A stretch of 64,000 nt of DNA. Source: Chiloscyllium plagiosum. Its lineage: Eukaryota. The stretch is taken from contig NC_057718.1 of assembly GCF_004010195.1 (NCBI RefSeq), positions 8,207,552 through 8,271,551 of the forward strand. Direction: 5' to 3'. The notes under the pieces were generated by a model. That model did not search any database. It was not told the DNA's origin and saw only the letters and a program-made list of their open reading frames with translations. Each line of letters opens with the position of its first letter. Position 1 is the first letter of the stretch. The translations under genes were made by a program, and so were the position numbers. Of the stretch, positions 60,479-64,000 are shown in pieces.

Positions 60479-61714
60479 TTAGAAATAGCATTTTATGTAT
60501 CTCTCATAAGTGCTTCATATACTGTTCAATGTCTCACCAGCAAATACAATACCACTGGCAAATCTATCAGCCATTTTATGCAGAAAAACCTTTTGTAAAT
60601 GAAGGATTTTGACAGCAGTTAATTCTTTCATATCCAGATTAACTTAGAGAGCAATGCTGGCCAGTAAACTAACAGACCTCCCTACTGCTCTTTTAGTAAT
60701 GCTGTGGGATCATTAACAACTATCTCAACCAATGAAACAAGTAGATGAGGCATCTTAGCTTAAAGACAACACTTCTGAAAACCGAGGATATCCTCACTGC
60801 AAAGTCAGGTAAATATTGCCTGCTTAATTCCTGAAGTGGAACTCAAGGCCACAACTTTCTGCTCTCATGGTGAGATTATTTATAAATGAGCTAAGATAAT
60901 ACAAAATTAATCAAGGGAATTGGACTCCAATCTAATCTAAATTATAACTACTTTGGATGCAAAATCATAACAATCTTTCCTCTTCCAGGGCCAAAAATCC
61001 TCACTTTCCTAAGTATTAAAAAGCACATGAGCCTAAACACGATAAAACTTAAAAGTCCAAACAAACACCTTAGTCTAAATCCAGAAAATCATATCTGCTA
61101 TTCACTTGATACCCATGGTCAGGACAGACAATTAACATTCATCTGCATCTAACCAGTCGCAAAAATCCCAAACGGTGTGAATATCACTTGCTTTCAGACA
61201 TGCAACTGAAAAACATTAGGATGAAAGGATTTGATTTGTGATAATGTACAATGTAGTTCTTTTGTCTTCATTTAACACAAAGTGGCTCTTTGTTACTTAA
61301 TATTTCCACCACTCGTCATGAAGGCTTCAGTGCAGGGGGGATATTTACTTGAAAATAGCCCAGCAAACAACCAGTTGCATCGAGACCATTTGCCAACTCT
61401 GCCTTTCTAAAAATGGTTAAATTAAGTAATGCTGCTAGAATAAAGAAAGATGAGCTGTTCAAGCAAGTATTGAGATTTATTAGTTTTCAAAGATTTAAAT
61501 CAGTTAAGCAAGTCTTTGGGCTTTTACAATACGTTTGTGTATAAATATACATCAATATGTTCACCTTGTGGCCTTATGTACTTGAATAATTCTGTTTTTG
61601 CATGCAGAGATGTGCAGGTTGTCCCAGGGTTAATTCAATGAGAAAACTTAGAAAATCTATCACATTTACCTGTGCAGTACAAAAAAAAAGTTATATTTAT
61701 AAAGCACCTTCCAT

Positions 61715-63000
61715 AAGGCCACAAGATATGGGAACAGAATTAGGCCATTCAGCCCATCGGGTGTAGTTGACCATTCGGTCATGGCTGCTTAGTTTCTTAG
61801 CACCATTCTCCTCTTTCTCCCTGTAACCCTTGCTCCACCTACTGATCAAGAACTTATCTCTCTCTTATAATACACGCAATGACTTCATCTCCAAAGCCCT
61901 CTGCAGCAATGAATTTCACAGATTCCCCACGCTCTGGCTGAAGAAATTCCTCAGCCCAGTACTAAAGGGTCATCCCTTCACTCTGAGGCTGTGCTCTCAA
62001 GTCCTAGCCTCTCCTATTAGTGAAAACATCTTTTTCATATTTATTCTATCAATTCTCTCAATATTCTGTAAGTTTCAAAGAGATCTCCCTTATCCTTCTA
62101 AACTCAAAGTCCAGAGTCAGAGACCTCAACTGTTCCTCATATGACAAACCCTTCATCTCCAGGATCATTCCTGTAAACCTTCTCCAATGCTAGTACATCC
62201 GTATTAATATGCAGAGCCCAAAACTCCCTGAAACAAAAACATGAAACAAGATCAATTGCTGATACGAAAATATGCTTCTGATTTCACTCCTAATAATCAA
62301 GCTCTATTTTTAATATTATCCCCTCCTTTTCCAAATTCATAAATTCAACACATTAATTTCTCTGTATTCTTCTAAACTCAAGGAATACTAGACTGGTTTA
62401 TGTAATCAATCTTCATCATTTAACTATTTAAAGCACACTGGTATATTCTGCATGGTTCCCTTCCAAGGCTAGTACGCAGTTCCTGAGATTAGGCACCCAA
62501 AACTGAATACAGTACTACAATCAGGATGTGCCCAAGAGTGCAAACTGAAACATTTCCTTATTTTTGAACCCTAGAACCTTGAGACAAAGATTAATGTCTA
62601 TTAGTCTTTTTTATTATTTTTCTAAATAGCTTTTAGTGATTTGTACGCTTGAACACCCACATCTCTTTGCTCCTCTACAGCTTTGAGACTCTTATCATGA
62701 AGAAAATATTCCAGTTGACTTTCTCAGATTTTAAGTAGATGACATCACACTTTCCTATACTGAAATTCCATTTGTAATAATTTTACTAACTCACTTAAAT
62801 TCCCTCAATATTCCGTTGCAATTCTCTCCACCCACTCTCTCAAATTACTGTGCTTTAGTGTCACTTGCTGACTTGGATATGCTGCCCACCATTCTTTATT
62901 CAAGCCACTATATTGCATGAAGAGCTGAAGCCACAGCCAAATCTCCTAGGAATACAACTTATCACATCCCTTTCAGAGTATGAATGTGTTATTCCTATTC
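61715..63000 (-). mobile_element. CR1 3' fragment (61715-62230) and older CR1 remnant (62340-63000)
   Basis: Tail ccacaagatatgggaacagaattaggccattcagccc, with reverse RT C-terminal sequence. Confidence 0.7.
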
Positions 63001-63289
63001 CTCATCTTCAATTTCACAATAATTATTAGTTCAGATCACAAAATTATCCACTGTACTCTTGTTCTTGAGAATAACAGAGTCATAGTAAAGCTACAATGCA
63101 GATAAAGGCCACGCAACCCATTGTAATTGTGCTGCTGAATAAACTTGCTGCCCATTCTAATCCCACTGCCCCACATCTGACTTGTAACCTTGTAAGTTAC
63201 AGTGCTTACAGTAGTAGGTTTAACTTTAGAGTCTAGTGTATTCACTGTGTCTTTAAAAACATTGAAAGCACGGTTAGTCAGATATAACC

Positions 63290-64000
63290 TCAAGCAAAGG
63301 CCTTACGTTCATCCCCCTCCGTTCAGGCATCAACAAATTCAATACGCAGTATGACATCAAACACTTCTTCTGCCACCTCCATCTCCGAGCTTACTTTTTC
63401 AATCAACACTCCTGCCCATCTTCCAAGGACCCCTTCTCCCACCTCCAACACATTCCACCCACCTGGACACCCCATGCTGACCTATCACCCGCCCTCGACC
63501 TCTTCATTTCCAACTGCCACATTCCACTCCGACCTTAAGTTCACCTGGACCATCTCCGATACCTCTCCCCCTTTCCTGGACCTCTCCATCTCCATCAACG
63601 GTAACTGACTCAATACTGACATTTTCTACAAACCCACCGACTTCCACAGCTACCTGGATTACACCTCCTCCCAACCAATCTCCTGCAAAAATGCTATCCC
63701 GTATTCCCAATTCATCCGCCTCCTCCGTATCTGCTCCCAGGCGGACCAGTTCCACCACAGAACACACCAGATGGCCTCCTCCTTTAAAAACCACAATTTT
63801 CCCCTCCCACATCGTTGGTGAGATCCAGTGCATCTCACCCACGTCCCGCACCTCCACCTTCGAATCCCACCCCTCCAACCGCAACAAGGACAGAACATAC
63901 AGGTCCTCACATTCCACCCCACCAAACTTCGTACACATCGCATCATCCTCCGCCATTTCTGCCACCTAGAAATGGACCCCACCAACAGAAATATTTTTCC
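63290..64000 (+). mobile_element. Internally deleted Penelope-like element (runs off the window)
   Basis: N-terminal remnant LTFIPL...DIKHFFCHLHLRAYFF, then RT/thumb FHSDLKFTWTISDTSP.FLDLSISI...TDIFYKPTD.HSYLDYTSS.P.SCKNAIPYSQFIRL.RICS. Confidence 0.88.

Noticed and set aside
54703..64000. Upstream VTA1 exon (SFYTASLL...FGEL type)
   Set aside because: Not found by eye in this interval; it probably lies beyond the window.

Overview
This is eukaryotic vertebrate DNA, most likely a shark or other cartilaginous fish (inferred from HE1-type V-SINEs, HER1-type CR1 tails and Deu-domain-like SINEs). The only host gene I can support is the 3' part of VTA1 (ESCRT/VPS4 cofactor) on the minus strand. 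It has four coding exons (54591-54702, 43355-43546, 28251-28334, 4957-5102) with GT-AG introns of 11.0, 15.0 and 23.1 kb, and they splice in frame to ...NVQHRKYAKWKAAYIHNCLKNGETPQSGP...IQIPPGAHAPANTPAEVP...IDPALY...EVRLTPEDYARAQKYCKYAGSALQYEDVGTAVQNLQKALKLLTTGRE*. The 5' exons were not found and probably lie beyond 64000. The introns hold nested CR1/L2 LINE remnants, SINEs, two Tigger-like MITEs and Penelope-like element (PLE) remnants, plus a 589-N gap. The most striking unexplained structure is a set of about 200-bp palindromic mini-elements (at least three sequence families, 9-15 bp target-site duplications). Each carries a minimal type I hammerhead ribozyme core near the centre, in both orientations when the palindrome is intact. 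Family B has the compensatory U3-A8 core variant, and a family C copy plus longer PLE remnants link these termini to PLE coding sequence. Boundaries of old, degraded repeats are approximate, and repeat family names come from recalled consensus similarity rather than a database search.
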